Positions 34,515-47,532 of a stretch of DNA of 64,000 bases are shown here, one piece after another. The notes beneath the pieces are model-generated. The model made no database searches. It worked only from the letters and a program-made list of their open reading frames with translations, and had not been told where the DNA came from. Both the position numbers and the translations under genes were made by a program. Where the stretch lies: NCBI GenBank assembly GCA_964016885.1, contig OZ024742.1, positions 158,596,001-158,660,000 of the forward strand. Reading direction: 5' to 3'. The stretch is from Eledone cirrhosa. Lineage: Eukaryota. How positions within the stretch are numbered: position 1 is the first letter of the stretch; each line of letters opens with the position of its first letter.

Positions 34515-34770
34515 TAAGATGTTGTGAGTTCGATTTCTAGCGGTGCGTTGTATCCTTGAGCAAGACACTTAAAATCACGTTGCACCAGTTCATTCAGCTA
34601 GCATAAAATTCAGAAGGTCGACCGTGTCACACCTGTGTCTCATTGAGTCTCCCTGAGAATTATATTAATGGTATACATGTTTGTGGCATTCTCAACCTCA
34701 TGCATATAGATTTCATGGGCCGCCTGTTCCATTGTTCCGACAACTGGAACACTTATCATTAGAAGCAACG
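34515..34770 (+). mobile_element. Second SINE family (B), degenerate
   Basis: B-box-like GAGTTCGATTTC then CCTTGAGCAAGACACTT core; related to 54453-54570. Confidence 0.6.
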
Positions 34771-35491
34771 GAAGACAGTAGACTACAGTGTGACAACGCT
34801 TCGGACATTTCTATATGCCGGATTTATCAGCACTGACATATTTCCGCTCTCCCCCCCCCCCCCCGCTAACCATATAGCGGAGTCGTCTGATTGAACGCTG
34901 TACCCTTGATATCAACCGGTACTAAGCTGGACAGCGACAGTCTACGCATGGCTATTTTCCTGAAACCACACAAATCTAACTGCGCATCCCCTATTGACGC
35001 TTTCGGCCTTCACATACAGTCATGCCTTCATGTGATACCACTCTCAACGAAATCATTAAGCATGAGTTGGACGCCACTGTCTTCTTTTCGCAACTCGAAC
35101 CGGTCGGGTTGGACAAGGGGATAGCAAAAGGCCATGACAATCTTTACATTCTGAAGTGATAAAACCCTCATCTGGAACGCAATATATAGTGACATTTTCT
35201 CCAGCGGCAACCTGTTACATTCGGCGACAGACACACGTTTCGTTGCCATACAAGCTAAATATCACAATATGATGCGGTATCGCTCAATTTCCCATAGTTT
35301 ATCTTTGAAGCTATAGCAGTGGAGACTTCTGGCATTCTTGTTCTCTGAGCCATCTCCCTACTCAATGCTATCAGGGCAGTGCTGGTTACTCGCGGAGTGA
35401 ACATCGTATTTTGGAATGACCATGAGGTGACTTGTGCTTGATGTTCTGCACACCAGAGAGCATCCTCCCACACTATCCGGGCATATATCAT

Positions 35492-35579
<88 letters not shown>

Positions 35580-36417
35580 ACCGTTACTACAATATATTGA
35601 ATATAAACAATAACTTACAAACATCTAACAAGACCAGTAGGCGCAACTGATAAATTCTATTTTTTGTATTTTATTTTTAAATTCAACATTTTATTTTCCT
35701 TGTCATGTTAAATATTCCCCATATATAAAGGGGTTTGATGTAGTAACTAAACTACGACAAGGCAAGATTAATTGCGATGTTGTTGTCACCAAACTACATA
35801 TATATTTATATATTCAAAAACTTTTACATATGGTATAAGTTTAACACTGTGTATATTATGTAGGCAAGTGTTAAGAATTGTGGAATTGTGTCGACACCAA
35901 TCCATTGGGTTCTCATCAGCTTGTCTTAAAGAGTGGACAACTATTTCTTCTTTTTTCTTCTTCTTTTTCTTCTTCTGCTTCTTCTTTTTCTTCTTCTCCT
36001 TCTTCTTCTTCTTCTTTTCCTTCTTCTTCATCTTAAGCATTTTAACTATTTGTCATGCACATTAATTGTATGTGTAATTCAAAGTCAGAGCTATTTCTCG
36101 AAGCTAAATTAACCACTTTCTAGAATTATGCTAAATATTAGAAGCAACGAACATATTTTGTAAAGGACATTTGTTACTACGTGGAAGCGGTAAAAATTTG
36201 TTAATACGTTATGCGTATGAAATCAGTAAAATATTGCTTTAAACTCCGTATAACCTCGCACTATGTGTGGGATGAGCTAACAAGAGTTGGTTCTACTTAA
36301 TGGTTTCGTCCTGCTAGATTATCATCCAAATATCCCTCAAATCAGTACACCTAGAATAAAGGATTCATTAAACACATTGGATACACTGTAAAATGAAGTC
36401 CTAGTTGTAAATAGAAT

Positions 36418-36597
36418 AATTGTTTCTACTTTTAGCACAAGGCCATCAATTCCCCAGTGAATTACTGGTGCTTTATTTTATCGATCCCGTAAGGATAAAA
36501 GGCAAAGTTGACTTCGGCGGGATTTGAACTCAGACCGTAAAGGGCCGTAACTCTATGCTGAAAAGCACGGCGTCCAACCATCTACCGATACTGCCAT
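36418..36597 (-). mobile_element. SINE family A
   Basis: Reverse copy; TGTAAATAGA duplicated at the flanks; a 3' fragment on + lies at 36772-36861. Confidence 0.8.
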
Positions 36598-39386
36598 GTA
36601 AATAGACGTAAACAGTAATTTGGGGCAAGGGGAAAATCGATTAAATCGATCTCCATTACGTTACTGGTACTTTATTTAAATAGAATAATGGAATGTTTAC
36701 GCCAACGTTTGTGTAGAGGATTCCTCCATTAGTTTTGACATGGGGTTAAACAACAACGGAAACAATAAAGCTTGCCTTTCATCCTTACGGGGTCGATAAA
36801 ATAAAGTACCAGTAATGCACTGGATAATTGCTGGCCTTGTGCCTAAAGTAGAAACAATTATTGGTAAAAAGAATGGAATTACTCAGTAATAGATCAAACC
36901 TTAAAAATGCATATTGGTAAAGTCGATAACTGTCGGACTCATTAGAGAGTAAGACTAAATGCTGTATGATATTTGTTCCAGTTCTATGTGTACAGCGTTC
37001 AAATCTCATGGAGGTCAACTTTACCTTTTATACTTTCGGTTCTGGCCTTTGTGCTTTGATGGATAGTTTTGTAAAATTAATCTGCCATCCAGTTTAACTG
37101 ATCTTTAGCTGATTTCAGCATTGCACTAGTATTCATTCTATTGCATGTTTTGGTGCTAGTCTCCGATATGAGGATAATATTTTCCCTTTTTCCTATAAGT
37201 TGCAAAAGTGCTGAGAGAAACCGCAATTTACGCTGTGCTTCCATTCCTCCGAATGAAACAAAAACTGTCACTTTTCTTCATATTACTGGAAACTTGTGAC
37301 ATTCGAATATCGTAGCTAGATAAAATGGATGATTCCTTAAGCTTTTTTCTGTATTAACTGCAATGGGTTTCACGGCCTTCGATTTTTGTAATACATTCAC
37401 TCGAATTAAGTAAATAACACAAGGATGTTTAGCCACTGTGAGCAACAGTTATGTTTTATTCAGAGAAGGTAGGGTAGCTATCATGACGGTTTTTCAAGAC
37501 ATCTGAGACTGGAAACTTGACTCGATTACTTCAAAACAAGAGGCTCCGACAAAATCACCTAAGAACGAGGCAATGATTCGATCGATACGTTCGAATTTAA
37601 TCTAAGCTCTACGTATGTCTAGGAGAGCATATTTGTAAGTATGGTAAGCAGATTCACGAATCTATAACTAAAGGATTAGTAACCACAATTACACTTGTTG
37701 GACACAGCACATATTCGATACAAAGGGAAATAATAATAGGATAAGGAATAATATATTTACCTGACAGCTGTCCACATGTATCTAGGCGTTTCATCTGACA
37801 TGTCTTAGGAGCCTGTTATGTTATGTTATGGGCATTGAAATTAAAATTAAATGGCACTCAGTCCTTTTTTTAATGGTACTGAAACGAGAGTAATACTTGT
37901 AGAACTTCTCTAGAAATTAAATACAACTGCCAGCAAAAATCCCCAACACAAGAAATATTCTGAGGTCTGTTAACACGATTGAAATAGCAGGAGAATTCCC
38001 TTCAAAACACATGCTACTTTCTTTGAAAATAAAAAGCACTGACGAATATGTGTCCTGATATAACAAATAATGGGATGGCCACGTTCAGGCCTAACTCAGA
38101 GTTAAACAATAGCATATATATACACAAACATGTTTTCACATGCTCGCTCGCTCACATGGTCACAAAGATGCATTCATGCACACATAGGGACACATACTCA
38201 CACAGACACATTCGTGCACAAATACAGATTCACACACACATACACACATACATACGTACATACACACAAACAAACACTCAAACACACACACATAGATATC
38301 AGGCTCTCCTGACTCACTCGTATATCCTCATCCCGTCACTTATATAGTATTCACTCCAACAAACACACGCCACATTTCTCCTAGTCCTTCCCATGCAGAA
38401 AGCCAGCCTTCTGGAATTCTATCCTTACCCATGTTTTCTCATTGCTATCAGCTTTCGGCTGCTTAAGAGGATTAGTAACCACGTCTATCTTAGCAGTCTC
38501 TGGAGGCCTGTGAAATCGATGCGTATGATTCATTTCTCCCTCTAGACTAAACCATTAAAAGAAAATTAAAATCGAATTTAGTTAGTGTCTATATTCTCTA
38601 TTCGTACAGTGCACAGAATTACTGGATTCCACTTGGCAAAATCCGAAACACTGTAGATAGTTTAGCCAAATGGGAAATTGAGGTGTGGTAGATGTGGCGT
38701 ACTTAATATCTCCCAAGTATGGTTTTGATATAAGTATATTTAAAGGGTTCCAAACAGTTACAAATCCTCTTCGTAATCTAGGTTTTCGCGGAGGTTTACT
38801 GCTAATTTGTCGACTGACCTATGGTACACCTCAATACCAGTGAATATGTTAACAAAGTCTTGATGAGTATATGTACGTGTGTGTGCCAGTCTCTCTCTCT
38901 CTCTCACTCACTCTCTCTCACTCTCTCTCTCTCTATCTATCGAGCTCTCTCTTTACATATAGAGAGAGCGGGAGAGAGAGGGATGAGAAGGCAAGAGATA
39001 GAGATAGACAGTTATCAGTTTAGAGTAGTAATATCATATTCAGCTAAGTACTCAATACTTGGGAAAATACAGTATATGTATTGTAAAGAGTTGCACGACG
39101 GCTGAGCCTATGCTGTTTCGACGGCGATTGGATGTCGGAAAAACAATGTATATATATATACATATATATATATTTATATAGAGAGAGAGAGGGAGAGAGG
39201 GAGATGGGGAGTAAGAGAAATAGAGAGGGGGAGTGAGAGAGGGAAAAAGAGAGATGAGATTGCCAACATATATGAGTGTATATATATAGAGAGAGAGAAA
39301 AATATAAGGATACATTTACATACTTACAGATATGAATATATACAAATAAATATATATATTTTTTTAATATATGCATCTCTCCCTCT

Positions 39387-39438
<52 letters not shown>

Positions 39439-39934
39439 GTCTCTGTCAATCTATCTATCTATCAATCTATCTCTCTGTATATATATATATATATTAGATT
39501 TTTATTATATTATATTACATTATATATACACACATAATATAATATTATGTGCCTCTGTGTGTATGTGTGTTAGCGCACGCGTGAGTGAACATTCACCTGT
39601 TAGTTTGGGAGTATTGATGTTTTAGTGGGTTTGATTTAAGCTTGGAATGTTTTCATCAATACAATAAGCTGATCACATTCCTCACACTTTCATCTTTATA
39701 TCCGATATCTAAACATTACTTCTGTTTATTTCACAAACACACACATTCTTCTCTACAAGCAGGCACATATTCACATGTATAGAGAAACATATATAGAACT
39801 ATTCTGATGCTTATACATACTCACAAACGTAAACACACACATATATACACACACATCCACACACATACACACAAGCACACACACACACACACACACACAC
39901 ATATGTATATATGTATATATATATATATACATAC

Positions 39935-40051
<117 letters not shown>

Positions 40052-40421
40052 TATATGTTTACACTTGTTTGCATATCTAGAGCTCTATATGCGATAAATA
40101 TCGTATTTGCATGTGTAACTTTTTAGCCATGCATATGTTCGAGCTACCCTTGTTCATACGTCTATGCATGTGTGTTTCATTTTCTCTTGTAGAATATCAA
40201 AAGAAAATTTTTGATGTTGAGAATATCAAACTGGCTCTATCGCTTATCTTTTCTATTCTATTACATATATATATATATATATATTTATATATATGTATAT
40301 ACATAATAAATATATAAATATACATATATACATATACACATGAATGTTTGAGAGTGTGTATGTATGTGTGTATGTGTGTGCATGTATGTATATATATATA
40401 TGTATATATTCCTATCTATAA

Positions 40422-40522
<101 letters not shown>

Positions 40523-40995
40523 AATCTGTGTGTGTATGCCTATGTATATATATGTATATATATATAAATATATACGTGTTCGTGTGTGTGTCTGTGTGTC
40601 TGTGTGTGTCTGTGTGTGTGTGTGCTTTCATGTAAGAACGAAGATGGCGTGTAAATTTATTCATGAATGTAAAATCAGAGCTGGCAATAAGCAAATGGCA
40701 AAGCTATTATTTCTTTGAGAGCTTTGAGCTGTGTATCAGACTTAGATCAGTGACTCAGAACTTCTGTTCGATGGTCAATAATTACACGTGGTAGGTGACA
40801 ATTTCGTCGTGCAACTTTAGCACTAAGCCGTTCACTGTATCCAGTCATGATATTAAGTTGTGAGATATTGGCAATATACCACATATTGCTACAAATTATC
40901 ATATTTAACACCAATTTCCTCTCCTCTGCCTCTCTTTTGTCTATTATGCATTACCAATATATACGTGCATATATACATACATACTCACACATATA

Positions 40996-41054
<59 letters not shown>

Positions 41055-41291
41055 CTTTGTGTGTGTTTGTGTGTGTGAGAGTGGGTGGGTGTGTGGGTGT
41101 CAGATCATCTCTGTGTGTGTGTATATGCGCATATGTGTATTTTGTGTGTGTGTGTATATATATATATGTGTGTGTGTACATATATATATACGCACTCCCA
41201 CACACACTTACATAAATATATATATGTGTGTATTTATATATATATATATATGTGTATGTGTGTGTATGTGTATATGTGGGTGTATAACTTT

Positions 41292-41330
<39 letters not shown>

Positions 41331-41452
41331 CGGCGATGAATTAGTTTTGCGAGGTTTTTTTTATGAAATCGTGTGTCGAAACAAATATTGTTATACTTGG
41401 GGCGGGGGTCATATTTGTATTCATAACAGAACATTCTGTGTCTTTTATATCG

Positions 41453-42503
41453 GTTAATTTAATTTATTCGGTCCTCAATGTTGCCATTGACTGACCAACG
41501 GTAAAAAATACAGATACAATATAGACAGAAACACATATATAGTCTATCAAAGTTCTTTCGTTGCACATCTGCAACATCGTCAGTGTTGCTATTATGTTTC
41601 TTCCCGTTGCATTGTATGCTTACGCCATCTTTATTTAGTCTGTTTATTTATTTATTTATTTGTTTTTTTTTTGTTTTTTTTGTCTTCTCTGCGTATGCGT
41701 TTGCGTATAGTGTTTTGTTTCATGTTTGTTCTTGTTTGGGTGACTGTGTATTGGTTAATGTATTCTATCTTAGTTTACTAGTGTGTGTTTATATGTGTTT
41801 GTTGTTATTGTCTTGTGTATGTATTTATTTATTTATTTATTTATTTAATTATTTATTTATACTTCTCTTAGATCAGTGTTGTTTGTTTGGGTGTTGTTGT
41901 TATTCCATTCATTTTTTTCTGTTTAGCCTTGGCCTTCTAAGTTCTATTTCGCTGGCCTCTCGGATTTGCCTATCTGCTGGGTCATTTCTATGTTTAGATA
42001 TTATTCTAACTTCTATGTTATCTATGTTACCGTTGTGTTGTTGTCTGGCATGTTCGTATAGTACTGAACCGTTTTTTCGTCCTTTTAATTCCCCCCAGTG
42101 TTGGTCTATCCTTTCACCTATGCTACGATCTGTCTCGCCTATATATGTTGTTGTCATGTTTCTGCAAGTACCCTCTGTACATCTTATGCGATAGACTACG
42201 TTTCTAGTTTGACAGGTTTTCCGGGGGTTTACTCTACATATGTTACATTTCCTATTAGTACAGTGGGTTTTATTAAAAGGGTAGGTTTTGCTGATCAGGG
42301 ATTTTATGGTGGTTCCTGGCTTTTCTACCACCTTAATCTTTAAGTGGGTCTTTCTCAGGGCATTTCTACACTGGTTAGCTAATTTCCCTCCGGGGGTAGC
42401 GTCCAATTTCCCTCTGGGGCGTAAGCATACAATGCAACGGGAGGAAACATAATAGCAACACTGACGATGTTGCAGATGTGCAACGAAAGAACTTTGATAG
42501 ACT
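41453..42503 (-). mobile_element. 5'-truncated Neptune/Nematis-type PLE (GIY-YIG ORF 41909-42406) with hammerhead-like motif and short inverted 5' copy
   Basis: CTNRKCNIC linker, NVVYRIRC..C..YIGETDRSIGERIDQH..LYEH..RQIREA; CTGACGA-GTTGCA/TGCAAC-GAAAG motif at 41545-41587 (-) and inverted at 42457-42499 (+). Confidence 0.85.
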
Positions 42504-42513
42504 ATATATATGC

Positions 42514-43440
42514 GTATTGCTAATAAGTGTTTTTATGGAGGTACCTGGTCTTTCTACTATCTTAATATTGAGTTTATGTTTATCTAGGGTCCTTCTGAAA
42601 CATAAAAACACTTATTAGCAATACATACCTTTTCAAAGACCTCCCTGTATAGATAAGAAATGTATAATCTGTAAACTAAGCCCCCATATTAACTGTAAAA
42701 CTAGAAATGTAGTATATAGCATAAGATGACTGAAGGACAATGTAGAGATAAGAATATAGTGTACATAGGTGAGACAGCTCGTAGTATAGGAGAACGGATA
42801 AATGAACACTAGCGAGAGCTTCAATATAGTAAAGAATCATTTGTACTCTACCAAAATGCTAAAATAGAACATAAGGGTAAATTAGAGAACATAGAAATAA
42901 AAATAGAATCTACACACAGAAAAGACGCAATGTTTAATGTTTAGACAAATCACAGAGGCAATAAAGATAAATGAACTCCAACCAAAATTAAATAGAAAGC
43001 ATGAATGGAATAGTAACATCACAACTTACAATTAAGGACAAAATGAAAACACACACACACATAGAACAAACAACCAACCAGTAACATGTAAATAAACAAA
43101 TAAATAAACAAATAAATAAACAAATATAAACACACACAGACACCCGGATGTAACACATGCGCAAACTAAGCACACAACACACACAAAAACAACATGGCGT
43201 AGGACAGAACAAGGGAGAGGCACAAAAACAAAGAAAAGAATCCCCAGTCACTGAAGAGGTTACAGAATGTGTGACGAAATAACTTTGACAATATATGAAC
43301 CATCGTCTGGTTGTGGAACCAACCAACCAACCGGAAATTTATAAATTCCTAAATTTATAAATTTTATTTATAATAAATTGAAGTGAAAGCTATGGTGCGT
43401 GTGTTTCTTATTGGCAACATGACCCTCCCAAATTATAACA

Positions 43441-43441
<1 letters not shown>
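42514..43441 (+). mobile_element. Related, more degenerate PLE copy with inverted 5' piece and hammerhead-like motif (about 43246-43289)
   Basis: RKCIICK..CKTRNVVYSIR with stops; GTCA CTGAAGA g GTTACA/TGTGAC GAAA..CTT TGAC; ends in (TA)n. Confidence 0.7.
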
Positions 43442-43950
<509 letters not shown>

Positions 43951-44833
43951 AACGGAAAAAATGAAACGAAATTTCATTTCCCACTCTTAGTACGGCTGTT
44001 ACTTAAATATAAGTATGTACACATACATACATATATGTATACAGACGTACAGTAGTATGTACATATATATACATACATGCACACATATATATATATATGT
44101 ACGTATGGATTCACCGAACATTTATTATAATGATCGGTGTGTTTTTAAACAAACATCCCGTATTAAGCCGTAGTGTCCAGCAACCATCGTTGCTCGTTTG
44201 TTCAACACTGACAAAGGAACGCTTTACTAGTTTCAAGCTTATTAGCTATCGTCAGCAACGTATACCTTCCTGCCAGATTGTTGAACGTATATACTTACCT
44301 TATGCATATTAACGGCTGAGTAGCCCAATTTGCATATCGAATGGGTTAATCAGCCGGGTGCACCGAAAACGATAAACGTCTGTATACATATAAGTATGTA
44401 CGTGTACATACTTATATTTAAGTAACAGCTGTACTAAGAGTGGGCAATGAAATTTCGTTTCCTTTTTTCCGTTCATCGTTTTCGGTGCACCCGGCCGATT
44501 AACCCACTCGATATGCAAATTGGGCTACTCAGCCGTTAATATGCATAAGGTAAGTATATACGTTCAACAATCTGGCAGGAAGGTATACGTTGCTGACGAT
44601 AGCTAATAAGCTTGAAACTAGTACAGCTTCCTTTGTCAGTGTTGAACAAACGAGCAACGATGGTTGCTGGACACTACGGCTTAATACGGGATGTTTGTTT
44701 ACAAACACACCGAGCATTATAATAAATGTTCGATGAATCCATACGTATATATATATGTGTGCATGTATGTATATATATGTACATACTACCGTACGTCTGT
44801 ATACATATATGTATGTACGTGTACATACTTATA
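43951..44833 (+). mobile_element. About 417-bp hammerhead retrozyme-like element: one inverted monomer (43951-44375) plus about 1.1 forward monomers (44376-44833) in (TA)n
   Basis: Arms are reverse complements; ACGTCTGTATACATAT.. repeated at 44376 and 44793; no ORF. Confidence 0.8.
44589..44627 (+). ncRNA. Minimal type I hammerhead ribozyme
   Basis: Stem I GTTG/CAGC with distal extension GTTCAACA..CTGGCAGGAAG / TTCCT..TGTCAG.TGTTGAAC; CTGACGA; stem II AGCT-AATA-AGCT; GAAACTAGTA with palindromic stem III. Confidence 0.8.
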
Positions 44834-45074
44834 TATATATATATATACATATATATATACATATGTATATATATGTATGTATATATATCTATATATATAT
44901 ATATATTTACATATATAGATATATAGATATAATATGGACATACATATATATATACATATATATATGTATATATATAGATATATAGATATAATATATACAT
45001 ACATATATATATACATATATATATGTATATATATATACATATATATATGTATATATATATACATATATATATAT

Positions 45075-45109
<35 letters not shown>

Positions 45110-45145
45110 TATATATGTATATATATATATAATATATAATATATA

Positions 45146-45199
<54 letters not shown>

Positions 45200-45215
45200 A
45201 AAGTTATACACATTT

Positions 45216-45256
<41 letters not shown>

Positions 45257-46997
45257 GGTAAAATACATGCAATACTACATACATATATGTGCTATACATC
45301 GTCCAATAACTATCAATTCCATGCAAAAGCGTAAAATATCCTATTCTAATACAAATCCTATTTCCTTCACACATTGCTATCAGAAAATGCCTGTGCGTAT
45401 AACTAAAGAATCAAACAGAAAGAGAAAAGAAGCAGTTCATTTCAAAATATTACATTATCATCGGCCCATTATTTAGCGTCATTGTCACCCTAACCCCTTT
45501 TACTGATCCGTCGATTTATTCATCCATTCATTCATTTATACACTCATCCATCTATCGCCAACAATCACAGCTACATTCTCATCAATAAGCCTTCAAATAC
45601 CGATATCCGTATTTTATACCGCGTTATTAGAAAGGGAGTTATTAGTCGGCATCGATTTGTCGAACATCGATCGATATTCTGTTTAGGAAAACTAATAGCG
45701 AATTTGTCCTTGACTGTCAACTAAAATCAAAAATGCATTCAGATAATTACTCTTGGGAATTCTGCAGTTCTCATTATCGGTGAAGTTACATCAAAGCTGA
45801 TTACTTGAATTCCTACACTATAAATCTACATTACATTATCCCCATAACCCCAACCACCACCACCACCGCTACCACTATAGCATACCATTTCTTGCCATGC
45901 CACCATCAGTCATCACTGCGAACTAACTCCATTATAATGCCTATGTTTTACTGATAAACTAATATTATGTTTAGCTTACCCAATTGGAACTGCGATAAAA
46001 ATATTGACCAACAAAATTACGTCTCAATATTTTGTTTTTTCTCTCTTTTCCGTTAGCTTTAATTTTTATTTAGCTTTTCTTCTCTCAATTCCATAACGAA
46101 GAGAATATATGTAAGTCAACTATTATACATATAAACATATTTCTGATAGTTCGATGAACGTTAAGCATGATGTATATTTTATAGGGAACCGTAAATCTGG
46201 AATGCCTTTTCAAACAAATTGCGTGTTCAGCAAATTCAGCTACCGTATGAATTTTGCGGAGAAAAAAAGAAAACCCAAGTTATATCAATACATTAACTAA
46301 TATAGACTTATTAACAGCTAATGGCTATGGATCTCCTATGGGGCTATTGTATATGAAGAGCTATTGAGAGATAGTTATATACGAATACACATTTCCATTT
46401 CAAACACTTTGAAGTATAACTTGATCTTTCTCTTGCCGCACTCTGAAAAATAGGTTGTATACAAACACAAACTCACACATACATGATATCACACAGACTC
46501 ACGCGCACATACATATATATATACATATATATATATATAAATATACACGGTTACTACGACGCTTGCCGGGTGGCCTCCGTATCAATCCTTTCTTTATATT
46601 TTGCTTCAACCCAATAGTGATTACTGAACTAAATCTATTAAATATGTTTTCAGTGCTATATATATTTCAGTGACAGCCATTAAATATTTTATATTCATTA
46701 CATGTGATTACGTGGCCGATTGTCCTGCGACATGGTCTGATGACATAAGCCGGTCATAGACATACGTATTGTGTCATTGTGAAAAAAATTAAAGAAATAA
46801 GAAATATATTGGAATCCGGCCTTCTGTTTTGATTGAAGTATATAACTCTGTCCCTGCATCAACCACGAGATGCTACGTCTTTGATGAATGATACGCATAA
46901 CGTCGAGTGCTTTTGTTAATTGCATTGGCTCTGCTAATCAGAATGAATAGATATAGGCATTAGTTAAACCATCCAACAAAAACTGAATATATATATA

Positions 46998-47511
46998 TAA
47001 AATAAAATTAAATAAAAAGTCAAATGTTTAAAATTTAGCTTCGTTTATTACTGCTATATATATTTCAGTGACAGCCATCCTTGGCTGTGACCTCTTCCGG
47101 CAATCCGAATTAGTGTGGTATAGACAATTACATATGTTGTTGAGGTGTATAATTTTGTCAATACTCTGATATGCCCAGTCTTCAGGCAGACCTCTTCAGG
47201 CAGTTCCTCAGAGAAATAACAACCTAACCAGGAACTGGAAATATCAGAGTATTGACAAAATTATACACCTCAACAACATATGTACTTGTCTATACCACAC
47301 TAATTCGGACTGCCTGAAGAGGTCACAGCCAAAGATGGCTGTCACAGAAATATATATAGCAGTAATAAACGAAGCTAAATTTTAAACATTTGACTTTTTA
47401 TTTAACTTTATTTTACATTACTCCAGAGTAACCAAACCAACCTGCGCACTTCGTCGAGTGCTCCAGCCTGCATACTGAGGTGTTGGTATACAACCAACAT
47501 ATACTCAAAAT
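46998..47511 (+). mobile_element. Non-coding PLE pLTR insertion: about 175-bp inverted copy, forward copy with hammerhead (47309-47363) and tail
   Basis: 46998-47171 is the reverse complement of about 47241-47416; ACTGC CTGAAGA ..ACAGCCA/TGGCTGT.. GAAATATATATA GCAGT. Confidence 0.8.
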
Positions 47512-47532
47512 CTATATATATATATATATATA

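Noticed and set aside
34800-35490. Possible Tc1/mariner remnant or exon (higher GC)
   Set aside because: No convincing TIR pair, DDE motif or splice-supported frame.
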